Origin: Candidatus Obscuribacterales bacterium
GTDB lineage: Bacteria; Cyanobacteriota; Vampirovibrionia; Obscuribacterales; Obscuribacteraceae
Reading direction: 5' to 3'
Length of the DNA: 64,000 nt
Assembly: GCA_019750335.1 (NCBI GenBank)
Contig: JAIEOQ010000012.1
Span: 13,211-77,210, forward strand
Within the stretch, counting starts at the first letter, position 1; every line of letters begins with the position of its first letter. A program made the position numbers and the translations under genes. Positions 1-9,663 of this stretch are shown in pieces. A model generated the notes under the pieces. It saw nothing but the letters and a program-made list of their open reading frames with translations. It was not told the DNA's origin and did no database searches.

Positions 1-643
1 AGAAGGGCATACGCAATAAACGAGCCATACTTTTAGCGTTAGCGAAATTAGGAAAGATTTCGTCACCGCCGACAGTGGCAATTGGAATAAGCGGCGTTTG
101 TGTGGAAATGGCCAGTTGGACAAAACCAGGATGAAAATCGTGCACACGATAACGCTCACGGAATGTTTTGCCGACTCCGCGAATACCTTCCGGATAAATC
201 CCGACTATTTCATCATTATTCAAAAGTGAGATGGCGTTCTCTTTGGTGGCTCTTACTTGGCCGGTTTCCATGGACCATTCTCTGAGCCCGGGAACGCTAA
301 AAAACCAATCTGTAGCCAAATAACGCACTCGGCGCGGAGCCGGATGTCCATTACACATGGCAATTGTCAGCAGAGCTCCGTCCATCGGCAACAGCCCGGA
401 GTGATTGCCAACTAAAAGCACTCGCCCTTCAGAAGGAATATTCTCAATGCCTGTAACTTTGGCTTTGAAATAGTCTTCAAATAAGAAACGAAAAAAGCGT
501 TCCCAGAGAGCAAAAGTTTCCAAGCTGAAACCAAACTCATCTTCCTTATTTGCGTAACGTTCGCAAAATGAAGGATTGTTTTTTGCCAGGCTTTCAAGCA
601 CCTGGTCTGGCTTTAGCGTTTGAAAATACGACCAAAAATCCAC
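1..643 (-). CDS. PlsC/LPLAT-family acyltransferase (lysophospholipid acyltransferase-like), C-terminus cut by the window edge
   Basis: The minus-strand frame is open from a GTG at 641-643 to position 1. The translation contains NIPSEGRVLLVGNHSGLLPMDG and VGIYPEGIRG, which resemble the NHxxxxD-like and PEG blocks of glycerolipid acyltransferases. It is absent from the ORF track because it has no ATG and runs off the window. The start codon is a guess. Confidence 0.6.
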   Translation of the reverse strand, partial: MDFWSYFQTLKPDQVLESLAKNNPSFCERYANKEDEFGFSLETFALWERFFRFLFEDYFKAKVTGIENIPSEGRVLLVGNHSGLLPMDGALLTIAMCNGHPAPRRVRYLATDWFFSVPGLREWSMETGQVRATKENAISLLNNDEIVGIYPEGIRGVGKTFRERYRVHDFHPGFVQLAISTQTPLIPIATVGGDEIFPNFANAKSMARLLRMPF

Positions 644-804
644 AGTACGCCTAGCACTCCCGGTCCGAAACAAACAAAAGTGACGATCTTTTTGAGCATA
701 TTACGGACGATGTCTTCTGCAGTGCCCTTCTTGCCATTTTCAAGAACATCGGCATCGTCATTGTCAGTCTGGTAATCGTGCATGCCTACCTGCCTTGTGT
801 GCAT
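613..804 (-). CDS. hypothetical 63-aa protein with an acidic N-terminus and one C-terminal hydrophobic helix
   Basis: ORF-track entry. Its C-terminus IVTFVCFGPGVLGVLWIFGRIF looks like a transmembrane segment. It overlaps the proposed acyltransferase start by about 31 nt. I recognise no family. Confidence 0.25.
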   Translation of the reverse strand: MHTRQVGMHDYQTDNDDADVLENGKKGTAEDIVRNMLKKIVTFVCFGPGVLGVLWIFGRIFKR

Positions 805-957
805 TTAATAGAACAGCTAAATTAATTGTAGGTCCTTAATCCCGATATATGCAGTTGGCTACTGATGATTTAACAAAGTTTAAACGCAAGAGGCTTTTTG
901 ATGCCTGTGGCATCAATGCCCGTGGCATAATTTGTCCTGTGGCAAGGAGTTTTTAAG

Positions 958-1290
958 ATGACCCAAGATTTTGGAAAGATGATGAGAGATGCTCAAAAGT
1001 CTCTGCAAAAAATGCAGCAAGATATGGCTAAGATGCAAACCGAATTGGCTGCAGTAATAGTCGAAGGCACTGCTGGTGGTGGCGCTGTGGTAATTACTTG
1101 TAACGGCAATCAAGAGTTCAAATCGGTAAAGATCAAGCCGGAAGCTGTGGATCCTAACGATGTGGAAACTCTTGAAGATCTGGTTTTGGCTGCTGTCAAA
1201 GATGCGGCAACCAAATCTCAAGCCCTATTGCAACAAAGAGCAGGCAGTTTGACCGCTGGTCTGAATCTCCCGCCGGGAATGGGTTTCTAA
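958..1290 (+). CDS. ybaB: nucleoid-associated protein YbaB/EbfC
   Basis: The 110-aa protein has the typical YbaB core (EGTAGGGAVVITCNGNQEFKSVKIKPEAVDPNDVETLEDLVLAAVKDA). It sits immediately upstream of recR, as in most bacteria. Confidence 0.9.
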   Translation: MTQDFGKMMRDAQKSLQKMQQDMAKMQTELAAVIVEGTAGGGAVVITCNGNQEFKSVKIKPEAVDPNDVETLEDLVLAAVKDAATKSQALLQQRAGSLTAGLNLPPGMGF

Positions 1291-1295
1291 GCTAA

Positions 1296-1892
1296 ATGTT
1301 TTTTACGCGCCCTCTGGCTCGCCTGATCGAGGAGTTTCAAAAATTCCCCGGTGTTGGGCCGAAGTCGGCTCAGCGCATGGCTTTTCATGTTCTGGATTTG
1401 AGTGCTGAAGATGCGCAAGCTTTGACTGAGGCAATAACTGAAGCCAAAGAAAAAGTGAAGCATTGCAATACATGCTTTCATTTATCAGCCCAGGATCCTT
1501 GCGAGATTTGCGTTGATTCTAGGCGTGATCAACAAGTAGTTTGTGTTGTTGCTGATCCAAAAGATGTAATCGCTTTTGAGCGCACTCGCGAATATCGCGG
1601 TCAATATCACGTGCTGACCGGGCTAATCTCGCCTCTTGATGGTAAAGGCCCGGATAAGCTGAGCATACGCCAGCTTTTGGCTCGTTTGCAGAACGAAACG
1701 ATTAAAGAAGTGATTATGGCCATTAATCCTACAGTTGAAGGCGATGCCACGGTGCTTTATTTAAGCCAGCTGATTAAGCCTGCGGGCATCAAGCTTAGTC
1801 GTATCGCTTTTGGTTTGCCGATGGGCTCGGACTTGGAATATGCCGATGATATGACTTTGTCTAAGTCTCTTGAAGGGCGGCGCGAGATTTAA
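1296..1892 (+). CDS. recR: recombination protein RecR
   Basis: The 198-aa protein has an HhH N-terminus (LIEEFQKFPGVGPKSAQRMAFH), a Cys4 zinc finger (CNTCFHLSAQDPCEIC) and a Toprim region. Confidence 0.95.
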   Translation: MFFTRPLARLIEEFQKFPGVGPKSAQRMAFHVLDLSAEDAQALTEAITEAKEKVKHCNTCFHLSAQDPCEICVDSRRDQQVVCVVADPKDVIAFERTREYRGQYHVLTGLISPLDGKGPDKLSIRQLLARLQNETIKEVIMAINPTVEGDATVLYLSQLIKPAGIKLSRIAFGLPMGSDLEYADDMTLSKSLEGRREI

Positions 1893-2937
1893 GAGAGAGC
1901 ATCTGTTGCGCTTCCTCGACTATAAGAGTGGGTGGAAGCTCTTCGGTTAGGCATTGACGATTGTCGCAAGTTTTATTGTAATGGCAGGGACGGCAGGTAA
2001 GCTCTTTAGCGTAAATCGCTTTGTGAGCCGCACCCCAAGGACGCCAGCGTACAGGATCTGTCGGACCGAAGATTGCTAAAGTTGGTGTGCCAACAGCAGC
2101 GGCCAGGTGGGCTGGTCCGGAGTCGGTGCAAATTGCCAAATCAAGTTCTCCAAGCAAAGCCATGCTCTGGCGTAAGCTAAGCTTGCCGGCGGTGCAAACA
2201 CCTTTAATCCCGCTTAGCTCCTCTAGCTCGTCGTATAGTTTTATGTCTTCTTGAGCACCGATGAAAAAAGGAACAATCTCTTTTTTTGCTGCAAGCTCTT
2301 TTAAGACTTGTGCCCATGATTCAAGAGGATAAAGCTTGTCCGGATGAGCGGCCGGAGCGTGAAAAAGCACTTTGGTTTTATTGGTGCCAAGCTCAGGCAC
2401 CAACTCTAAAATATTGCGGCGTTCTTCAGGCGAAATCCAGGACTCTAATTCACTGTTGGTTATTTCGGCTCCGGCTGCTTGCAATACGTCGAGAGTGGAT
2501 TCAACTTCGTGTTTGTTTTTATCCCAGGTGACAGGATGAGTAAGCAAAAAATTTCGTCCTTCGGTTCCATAACCGATGCGATAACGCGCGCCAATTAAAA
2601 AAGCAAGGAGTGCCGAAGATAAAGAACGCTTGAGCAGAAAAACAGAGTCATATTTTTGTTTGCGCAATTGGCGGACATATGACCAAAAAGATTTAGCTTG
2701 ACCTTCGCCGCGATCGTATTTATGAAAGCGAGTAGTATCGTAAACGAGAAGTTCATCTATATAAGGGCAACCTTCCAAAACTAAGCCGCTTTGCGGTCCG
2801 ACAAGCACATCAATTTTTGCTTCCGGATATGCTTGGCGCAGATTGCGTAAAAAAGGTACGGTCAAAATCGTGTCGCCGATAAAACGATAGCGCACTACAA
2901 GAATACGTTTAAGTGGCAGCTTGCAAGCTTTGTTCAT
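1861..2937 (-). CDS. glycosyltransferase family 9 (LPS heptosyltransferase-like)
   Basis: The N-terminus ILVVRYRFIGDTILTVPFLRNLRQAYPEAKIDVL and the C-terminal block CTDSGPAHLAAAVGTPTLAIFGPT are typical of RfaF/RfaC-type GT9 enzymes. The gene follows lpxK and waaA. Confidence 0.8.
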   Translation of the reverse strand: MNKACKLPLKRILVVRYRFIGDTILTVPFLRNLRQAYPEAKIDVLVGPQSGLVLEGCPYIDELLVYDTTRFHKYDRGEGQAKSFWSYVRQLRKQKYDSVFLLKRSLSSALLAFLIGARYRIGYGTEGRNFLLTHPVTWDKNKHEVESTLDVLQAAGAEITNSELESWISPEERRNILELVPELGTNKTKVLFHAPAAHPDKLYPLESWAQVLKELAAKKEIVPFFIGAQEDIKLYDELEELSGIKGVCTAGKLSLRQSMALLGELDLAICTDSGPAHLAAAVGTPTLAIFGPTDPVRWRPWGAAHKAIYAKELTCRPCHYNKTCDNRQCLTEELPPTLIVEEAQQMLSLKSRAALQET

Positions 2938-4003
2938 GGCTGCCTCCTGTCAGTGTTGGTACCGGACCGAGCCAAGAACATTCAAGTATTAGCTCGGCCA
3001 TCGGTAACTCGTTAAATAATTCGGACGGTAGGCGAACGCGATCTTTTTGTGTGGTGACAACGATCTCGGCTTGTGATTGAGCGAAGTCGCTTTTTAATGA
3101 CTGCAAATCTTTGTCGTCAAGCCAGTGATGGTCAGGAAAGCTTTTCGAACCAGTGATTATGGCACCTAAATCGGTAATTGTTTCATAGAAACTTTCCGGT
3201 CTGGCGATAGCGGATAAAGCAAATACTCTGGTTCCGGCAAGCGGCAGATTAACGTCAACATTTTTGTTTGAATAAAGACGTTTAGCTTGTACGCTGGGAA
3301 AGCTGACAAAAGTTACTAGGGCTTGAGGCGCTAATTTATTTATTTGTTGGCGCATATGATCCAGCCGTTCCAAATCCGGATTCTTCGGTACTTTGCTTAT
3401 TACCACCCAGTTAGCGCTGGCAAGGGCTGTTAGCGGTTCACGTAAGTCGCCGGCTGGCAATAAATGTTTGTTGTTCAGATCATCTTGGTAGTCGATAAGT
3501 ACGATGTCGCAATCGCGTACCAAAGATATATGCTGGAAGCCGTCATCCAAAATAAGCACGTTGCAGTTGAAATCTTTGATGGCGGCAAACCCGCTTTTGG
3601 CTCGGCGAGAGCCGACAATAACTACGGCTTCCGGTACCGACTGCGCAATTAAATACGGCTCGTCACCGGCATCTTCCGGACTGCACAAAAGAGTCTTGCC
3701 ATCAGAAACAATAACAAGCGGTTTGTTTGATTTGCGTTTATAACCACGGCTTAAAATGCCGACTTTATGTCCGGCAGCTGTCAGTCTTTTTGCTAAATCA
3801 ATAACAACCGGTGTTTTACCGGTGCCACCGACAGTTAAATTGCCGACGCTGATTACAGGCACCGGTAATCGTATCTGTTTGCACAAGCCGGTTCTGTAAG
3901 CGGTAAGACGTAAACAAACACCGGCAAAATATAGTGCTGAAAGCGGTTGCAAAAGTGCTGCTCTCAGTTTTTCGCCAGCTGTTTTCGGTGCGCGCCAGGA
4001 CAT
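2909..4003 (-). CDS. lpxK: tetraacyldisaccharide 4'-kinase LpxK
   Basis: It has the P-loop VISVGNLTVGGTGKTP and the ILDDGFQH motif. I moved the start from 4057 to the ATG at 4003-4001, which is preceded by AAGGAG (reverse complement of 4011-4016) and removes the overlap with waaA. Confidence 0.85.
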   Translation of the reverse strand: MSWRAPKTAGEKLRAALLQPLSALYFAGVCLRLTAYRTGLCKQIRLPVPVISVGNLTVGGTGKTPVVIDLAKRLTAAGHKVGILSRGYKRKSNKPLVIVSDGKTLLCSPEDAGDEPYLIAQSVPEAVVIVGSRRAKSGFAAIKDFNCNVLILDDGFQHISLVRDCDIVLIDYQDDLNNKHLLPAGDLREPLTALASANWVVISKVPKNPDLERLDHMRQQINKLAPQALVTFVSFPSVQAKRLYSNKNVDVNLPLAGTRVFALSAIARPESFYETITDLGAIITGSKSFPDHHWLDDKDLQSLKSDFAQSQAEIVVTTQKDRVRLPSELFNELPMAELILECSWLGPVPTLTGGSHEQSLQAAT

Positions 4004-4013
4004 TCGGGTCTCC

Positions 4014-5270
4014 TTAAAGACAGCAAGAAGTTTTGTCTTCTTGCAAGGTGCGCTCAAGCACGGCTAAAGTACGATTGCAAGCTCCCTGGCTGGCTTTTAA
4101 CCAGCGCCAGCCGGCTTGACCGGCAGCCGATCTTTTTGTTTGGTTGCCAGCAAGATCGGCAACTAGTTTTTTTAACTCGTCTTTGTTTTGAACCATAAAA
4201 AGCGCTTTGTCAGCAAGCAAAGCTTGAGCGACATCTTTTGTTTTGTGAATATGAGGACCGCAAATGACAGGTAGCTCGTAAGCGTAAGGTTCAGTCAAGT
4301 TATGACCACCAATAGGGGCTAGTGTGCCGCCGACAAAAGCGATTGTGCCCAGTGAATAAAAACGATTCAACTGTCCGATTACATCAAGCAGATAAACATC
4401 GCTTTCGGTTTCGAGGATCTGATTCTGTGAAAAACGGCGAGGGCGAAAACCGTTTTGTTCTATCAAATGAGCGACACGTTCGAAACGTTCGGGATGTCTT
4501 GGGGCTAAGATCAAACGAACCTTTGTCTCTTTGATGGCGGCAAGCAAAGCTTGCTCCTCACCTTCATGAGTGGAGCCGGCAACAAGTACTTGTTCTTCTT
4601 TTTGTAATCCAATATTTGGAGCGGATAGTTTTTTGATACCGTCAAATTTGATGTTGCCGCAAACCGAAATTTTTAGTTCATCGCCGGCTAAGAGACGGAA
4701 ACGGGCAGCTTCTTGTTCTGACTGTACGGCAACGGCAGCAAAGCGATTGATTACTTTTCCGAAAAACCAGCGCCAGCGCATATAAGACTTAAATGAGCGT
4801 GGTGAGAGACGACCGTTGATCAAAACCACAGGAATGTTTCTTTGCCGACATTGGTTCATAAAACCAGGCCAAATCTCGGTCTCGACAATAGAGACTAGAT
4901 CCGGTTTGATCGCGTTTAAAAAATTGCTTGTGGCCCAGGGAAAATCCAAAGGGAAATGAAAAATACTGGCATAAGTACCGGCTTTAGCCTTAGCTAGCTG
5001 TTGTCCGGTTGCTGTCGTTGTTGAAACAAAAAGTTCGTGATCCGGATGAAGTTGGTGATAACTTTCTAGCACCGGTAAAAGGGCGTTGAATTCACCGACT
5101 GATACTGCATGAAACCAAAGACGTTTGTTCTTCTTACTCTTTGTTTTCAATGTTGCCGGTACGAAGCCAAGTTTATGCCCAAGCCCGGCCCGTGCCTTTT
5201 TTGAAAGCAGAAGAAAGGGTCCGGCCAAGGCCAGAACCAAAATAACAAGTATGTAATATACGCCAATCAC
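4014..5270 (-). CDS. waaA: 3-deoxy-D-manno-octulosonic acid (Kdo) transferase WaaA/KdtA
   Basis: The 418-aa protein has an N-terminal membrane anchor, WFHAVSVGE, and C-terminal GGSL/HN-like blocks (FVGGTLAPIGGHNLTEP) typical of Kdo transferase. Confidence 0.85.
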   Translation of the reverse strand: MIGVYYILVILVLALAGPFLLLSKKARAGLGHKLGFVPATLKTKSKKNKRLWFHAVSVGEFNALLPVLESYHQLHPDHELFVSTTTATGQQLAKAKAGTYASIFHFPLDFPWATSNFLNAIKPDLVSIVETEIWPGFMNQCRQRNIPVVLINGRLSPRSFKSYMRWRWFFGKVINRFAAVAVQSEQEAARFRLLAGDELKISVCGNIKFDGIKKLSAPNIGLQKEEQVLVAGSTHEGEEQALLAAIKETKVRLILAPRHPERFERVAHLIEQNGFRPRRFSQNQILETESDVYLLDVIGQLNRFYSLGTIAFVGGTLAPIGGHNLTEPYAYELPVICGPHIHKTKDVAQALLADKALFMVQNKDELKKLVADLAGNQTKRSAAGQAGWRWLKASQGACNRTLAVLERTLQEDKTSCCL

Positions 5271-5331
5271 GCGGTCAGTTTACAAGGGAGCGGGCTTATT
5301 TGCCAGAGAACTTCGTTTATTTGAGACAGTC

Positions 5332-7842
5332 TTAAATCAAATCTAGCGGGTCGATGTCAATTGTTATGCGGACACCGTTTTTGCTTGATTTGCTTTTGAG
5401 AAAGTCTGTAACTGCTTCGCGTCCTTCGTCGCCGGCAAGATTCTTAATCAGTATGTGGTGGCGGAACTGTCCTTTTAAACGTTCGATTAAACAAGGTGCC
5501 GGCCCCAACAAAGTAATCGCCTCGGCAGTGGCAAAAGTCTCCAGGCGGTTGCTCAGCTCTTCGGCAAGAGCGTCGGCTTCGGCTTGGACGGCATTATCCT
5601 CCGGTCCGGAAAGCACAATACGCATCAGTTGGCTGAAAGGGGGATAGCCGAAATTTTTACGACTTTCAAGCTCGCTTTTGACAAAAGAATCGTAATCTTG
5701 ATCTCGCGCTAGAAGTAAAGCCGGCAGCTCGTCGTTGAAAGTTTGTAAAACAACCCGACCGGGATGGTGCCCGCGTCCGGCTCGTCCCGATACTTGAGTT
5801 AAAAGCTGAAAGCCTCTCTCTAAAGACCTGTAATCGGGCAAATTAAAAGCTGCGTCGGCAGCCAGCACGCCAACGAAAGTAACTTTGGCGATATCTATGC
5901 CTTTGGCGACTATTTGTGTGCCGATTAAAATATCGGCTTCGCCTTCGGAGAATTTTTTGAAGATCTCCTCATAAGCCCCTTTTCTGGCTGTGATATCGCT
6001 GTCTAAGCGTAAAGTGCGAGCTTGGGGATAAATGTCCCGGATGTCCTCCTCCACTCTTTGTGTGCCTAGTCCGAAATGGCGTAAAAATGGACTTTGGCAG
6101 CTAGGGCAAATGACGCTTGCTTCTTTGGTGAAGCCGCAGTGGTGGCAAGTAAATCTGCCTTCGGGATAAGCCGAACAAGCGTTGTGATAAACGAGCGAAA
6201 CGCTGCAGTTGTGGCATTTGATCACAAAGCCGCAGCTGCGACAAAAAATATGATTGGCGTAGCCTCTTCTATTTATAAGAAGAATGGCTTGCTCTTGCCG
6301 CTCCAGGCAAGCGTCCAACTCTTCAAGCAATGGCAGAGAAAAAATACCACGGTTTCCTTGTTGGAAGCCTTTGCGCATATCGACAATTACTGATTCAGGT
6401 AAACGTTGTTTATGTACACGTTCGGCAAGACGCAAGATCCGATTTGCAGACGAAGCTTGATGGTAGGTGGCTGTATCCGGAGTGGCGCTGCCTAAAAGGA
6501 CCATCGCTCCTTCGCGTTTACCACGTTCGACAGCCAGATGTTTAGCTGAATAACGTGGATTCGGGCTGCTTTGTTTGTAGCTGCCGTCGTGTTCCTCATC
6601 AAGGATGATCAAGGCAAGCTTAGGCACTGCCGCTAGAATAGCTGAGCGGGCGCCGAGCAAGACTTTTAGTTCGCCTGATTGTAGGCGGCGCCAGGTGTCG
6701 TATCTTTCGCCTGGCGAAAGAGCGCTATGCCAAACGGCAACTTGATCGCCGAAACGACTGAGCAGCCTTTGGGCCAGCTGCGGCGTCAAGCTGATCTCGG
6801 GCACCAAAAGCAATGCCGTGCGCTCTTGTTTTAGGCATTCGGCAATCAAGCGTAAATAAATTTCGGTTTTGCCTGAACCGGTAACACCGTGTAAAAGCCA
6901 GGGTTGATCATCGGTTTCGTTTGTTTTAGCTGTCAAAAAACGGCCAAGAGTTTCGTTCAAAGCACCGACAACATAGGCTTGGTCTGGCGTTAACTCCGGT
7001 GGCGGTGTTGCTTTTCCGGCTGCCGATTCAGCCAGGCTTCTTAATGGATCGCGCACTACCTCGCTCTGTTTGATGTTGACCATACCCAGCGCTTCCATCC
7101 GTTTAATGGTATTGCTAGTGGTATTGCATGCTTTGGTCAACTCGCTCAGGGCTAAGTGTCCATCGTGTTCTTGTAGGTAGGCGATTATCTCTTTTTGACG
7201 TTCGCTTTTACCTTCCCTGCCGGTCCAAATTACTTGATTGATCAATTTTGGTCCGGCGCCGTCAGTTTCTTGGACTATTTCTATAAGATCGTTTTGGCGC
7301 AAGCGGGTGAATGCCGCATAAAAAATCCGTAGAGGCAATCCGCAGCGGGATTTAAGAGTTTTCAGCGAAAGTCCGTCTTTGCTTGGCTTGAGAATGCGCA
7401 AAAGCAGCGTTTCTTCACTTGTAAGAGTGGACGAGAGCAGAGGGTTCTCTTTGCCTGATAAACGCACAAGACGTTTGAGGCGGGTGCCGATATCGGCTGG
7501 AATTGCAGCTGCCAGTACATCGAGAATGCTGCAAGCGTAATAATCGGCGATCCAATAAAGGAATTTGATATAAGGACCATCGAATAAAGGTTCACCGTCT
7601 AAGACCTCGGAAATATCTTTTGTTTTGTCCGGCGCTTCGCAGGTGTTTTTCAGCGAGATCACATAACCGCTGACGGCTTCCTGATGACCAAAGGGCACGA
7701 GCACATGGGTGCCGATAAAAACGTCGCCGGCAAGTGCGGCAGGTATTTTATAAGTAAATAAGCGGCTGGCGATGTTTTTTACGTTTACGTCAATGGCGAC
7801 GTCCGCATAAACTCCCGAATCTGTGGCCACTATCCGCCTCAA
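5332..7842 (-). CDS. priA: primosomal replication-restart helicase PriA
   Basis: The 836-aa protein has Walker A (GVTGSGKTE), DEEHD, and a Cys-rich zinc insertion (CRSCGFVIKCHNC...CHHCG...CPSC). Confidence 0.9.
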   Translation of the reverse strand: MRRIVATDSGVYADVAIDVNVKNIASRLFTYKIPAALAGDVFIGTHVLVPFGHQEAVSGYVISLKNTCEAPDKTKDISEVLDGEPLFDGPYIKFLYWIADYYACSILDVLAAAIPADIGTRLKRLVRLSGKENPLLSSTLTSEETLLLRILKPSKDGLSLKTLKSRCGLPLRIFYAAFTRLRQNDLIEIVQETDGAGPKLINQVIWTGREGKSERQKEIIAYLQEHDGHLALSELTKACNTTSNTIKRMEALGMVNIKQSEVVRDPLRSLAESAAGKATPPPELTPDQAYVVGALNETLGRFLTAKTNETDDQPWLLHGVTGSGKTEIYLRLIAECLKQERTALLLVPEISLTPQLAQRLLSRFGDQVAVWHSALSPGERYDTWRRLQSGELKVLLGARSAILAAVPKLALIILDEEHDGSYKQSSPNPRYSAKHLAVERGKREGAMVLLGSATPDTATYHQASSANRILRLAERVHKQRLPESVIVDMRKGFQQGNRGIFSLPLLEELDACLERQEQAILLINRRGYANHIFCRSCGFVIKCHNCSVSLVYHNACSAYPEGRFTCHHCGFTKEASVICPSCQSPFLRHFGLGTQRVEEDIRDIYPQARTLRLDSDITARKGAYEEIFKKFSEGEADILIGTQIVAKGIDIAKVTFVGVLAADAAFNLPDYRSLERGFQLLTQVSGRAGRGHHPGRVVLQTFNDELPALLLARDQDYDSFVKSELESRKNFGYPPFSQLMRIVLSGPEDNAVQAEADALAEELSNRLETFATAEAITLLGPAPCLIERLKGQFRHHILIKNLAGDEGREAVTDFLKSKSSKNGVRITIDIDPLDLI

Positions 7843-7910
7843 TAAATCTAATTAGCCTTGCTGCTGACAACAGCAAGGTCTGTTTGCTTATAACGCTAAC
7901 ACGCTTTAAG

Positions 7911-8405
7911 TTAAGCGCCGATCAGATATTTATTCCAGGTGCTTTCGCCGGAGATGGCATGCTTAGAGATCTCAAATGAAACATGGCTGGATGGCCGCCG
8001 TGGAACTGATAAGAGAGGCATGCTCGCCTCTCTTGGTGTACGGTCGCCTTTTTTGACGTTGCATTTTAGGCAGGCAGCAACGACGTTATCCCAGCTATCG
8101 TTGCCTCCCCTCGAGCGAGGCATTATGTGATCGATGGTCAAATCGTGCCGACGGTCCAAGCAGTACTGGCAGGTGTAATTGTCGCGGTGCAAAACGTTGC
8201 GGCGTGACAGGCTTATCTCTTTGTAAGGAATTTTCACATAAGAACGTAGTCGAATCACAAGGGGTAAAGGCAAATCTTGAGCGAGCATCTTGCCGTTGTG
8301 CTCAATCTGTTCGGCTTTTCCTTTAATAAGCAAAATCACGGCCCGGCGCCAGCTCGTTATGTTTAATGGCTCGTAAGATGCGTTCAGCACCAAAACTTTA
8401 GACAA
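7911..8405 (-). CDS. HNH endonuclease family protein
   Basis: The 164-aa protein carries CQYC...DHIMPRSRGGNDSWDNVVAACLKCNVKK, a CxxC...H-N-H...CxxN HNH zinc-finger nuclease core. Confidence 0.75.
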   Translation of the reverse strand: MSKVLVLNASYEPLNITSWRRAVILLIKGKAEQIEHNGKMLAQDLPLPLVIRLRSYVKIPYKEISLSRRNVLHRDNYTCQYCLDRRHDLTIDHIMPRSRGGNDSWDNVVAACLKCNVKKGDRTPREASMPLLSVPRRPSSHVSFEISKHAISGESTWNKYLIGA

Positions 8406-8594
8406 CTGGGACCTCTTTATATGCGTTGCGAGAAGGTTCGATCTTTGGAATTAACCGGGTTTTTGGTCGATCGCCGCTTCCTCTTGGATACTAGTTGCTG
8501 CCGTCCGGCTTGCTTCTTAACTAAATCTTTACGATTCCCATTATAACGACGGTTGCGGTCCTTTGTCCAGGAATCGCGCCAGCAGACGCTCTTG

Positions 8595-8603
8595 TGTTAC
8601 AAT
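8595..8603 (+). promoter_or_regulatory. candidate extended -10 promoter element (TGtTACAAT) for rpsB
   Basis: The sequence tgttacaat lies about 115 nt upstream of the rpsB start in a 312-nt intergenic region. There is no convincing -35 element. This rests on a motif match only. Confidence 0.25.
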
Positions 8604-8717
8604 GTTCCTTCTGCCCCCAGATAGCAGTGAGCTCTTCAAGCTCATGGTTCCTTTCGGGTAGTTCATCGGGCTTGTGCCCACATTTTGTATTGAGTTAATC
8701 GGAGGATATAGACAGCC

Positions 8718-9527
8718 TTGCCAGTAGCATCAATGAGACAATTGTTGGAGGCTGGGGTTCATTTTGGGCACCAGACACGACGCTGGAACCCGAAAATGCG
8801 TCCTTATATCTATGGAGAGCGTAACGGCATCTACATCATAGATTTAGAACAAACCTCCCGGAAGCTCGATATAGCTTGCGAATATTTGAGAAAAGCCGCA
8901 TCCGAAAAGAAAAACATCGTTTTTGTCGGCACTAAAAAGCAAGCTGCTGAAATTGTGCAAGAAGAAGCTGTTCGTTGTGGCGCGCACTTTGTGAACCGTC
9001 GCTGGCTCGGCGGCATGCTCACCAATTTCGAAACTATCCGTTTGCGCATTAACAGACTTAAAGAACTGGAAGATATGCGTGATAACGGCGAATTTTATCG
9101 TCGCCCCAAGAAAGAAGTAGCGGTTCTCAATCGTGAACTTTCCAAATTGGAAAAATCCTTGGGCGGCATCAAGACTATGCGTGGACGCCCGGATATTCTT
9201 TTCGTAATCGACCAAAAACGCGAATTGAATGCCGTAGCTGAAGCTAAAAAAATCGGCATCAATGTCGTCGGTATAATCGATACCAACTGCGATCCGGATG
9301 GCATTGATTATGTAATTCCAGGCAATGACGATTCGATCCGCGCAATCAAGCTTATTTGTTCCAAAGTTGCCGACTACATACTAGAAGGCAAACAAGGACA
9401 AGTGGTGCCGGCGGTGAAAACCTTGGGCACTGAAGCAGAAGAGTGGAAATCTGATAAGGCCGTAGTTGCAGTCGGTGCTTCTGAAGAAGCAGCAACTGCC
9501 CCTGAACTTTCAGAAACCGGCGCTTAA
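8718..9527 (+). CDS. rpsB: 30S ribosomal protein S2
   Basis: The TTG start is preceded by GGAGGA (8701-8706). The N-terminus [27 protein letters not shown] aligns with canonical S2. Confidence 0.95.
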   Translation: MPVASMRQLLEAGVHFGHQTRRWNPKMRPYIYGERNGIYIIDLEQTSRKLDIACEYLRKAASEKKNIVFVGTKKQAAEIVQEEAVRCGAHFVNRRWLGGMLTNFETIRLRINRLKELEDMRDNGEFYRRPKKEVAVLNRELSKLEKSLGGIKTMRGRPDILFVIDQKRELNAVAEAKKIGINVVGIIDTNCDPDGIDYVIPGNDDSIRAIKLICSKVADYILEGKQGQVVPAVKTLGTEAEEWKSDKAVVAVGASEEAATAPELSETGA

Positions 9528-9663
9528 GCAAGATCACGATTTATTGTTGAGCTAAGCGCGTAACGGACTGTGAAGCGATAATCTTTCTTCACAAATTAAT
9601 AAACGGATAAGTAGAGCAGTGAAGATTGCCAAGAGCAATCTGGCAGTTTAGCGGAGGAGAGCT

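Noticed and set aside
913-1221. A 102-aa minus-strand ORF lies opposite ybaB.
   Set aside because: It lies fully antisense to a well-supported YbaB coding sequence and has no motif. It is a typical shadow ORF.
8433-8448. A T-loop-like ggttcgatc motif suggests a tRNA in the priA/HNH-rpsB spacer.
   Set aside because: There is no complementary acceptor stem (taattcc is absent upstream), and no D or anticodon arms can be drawn. It is probably a chance match.
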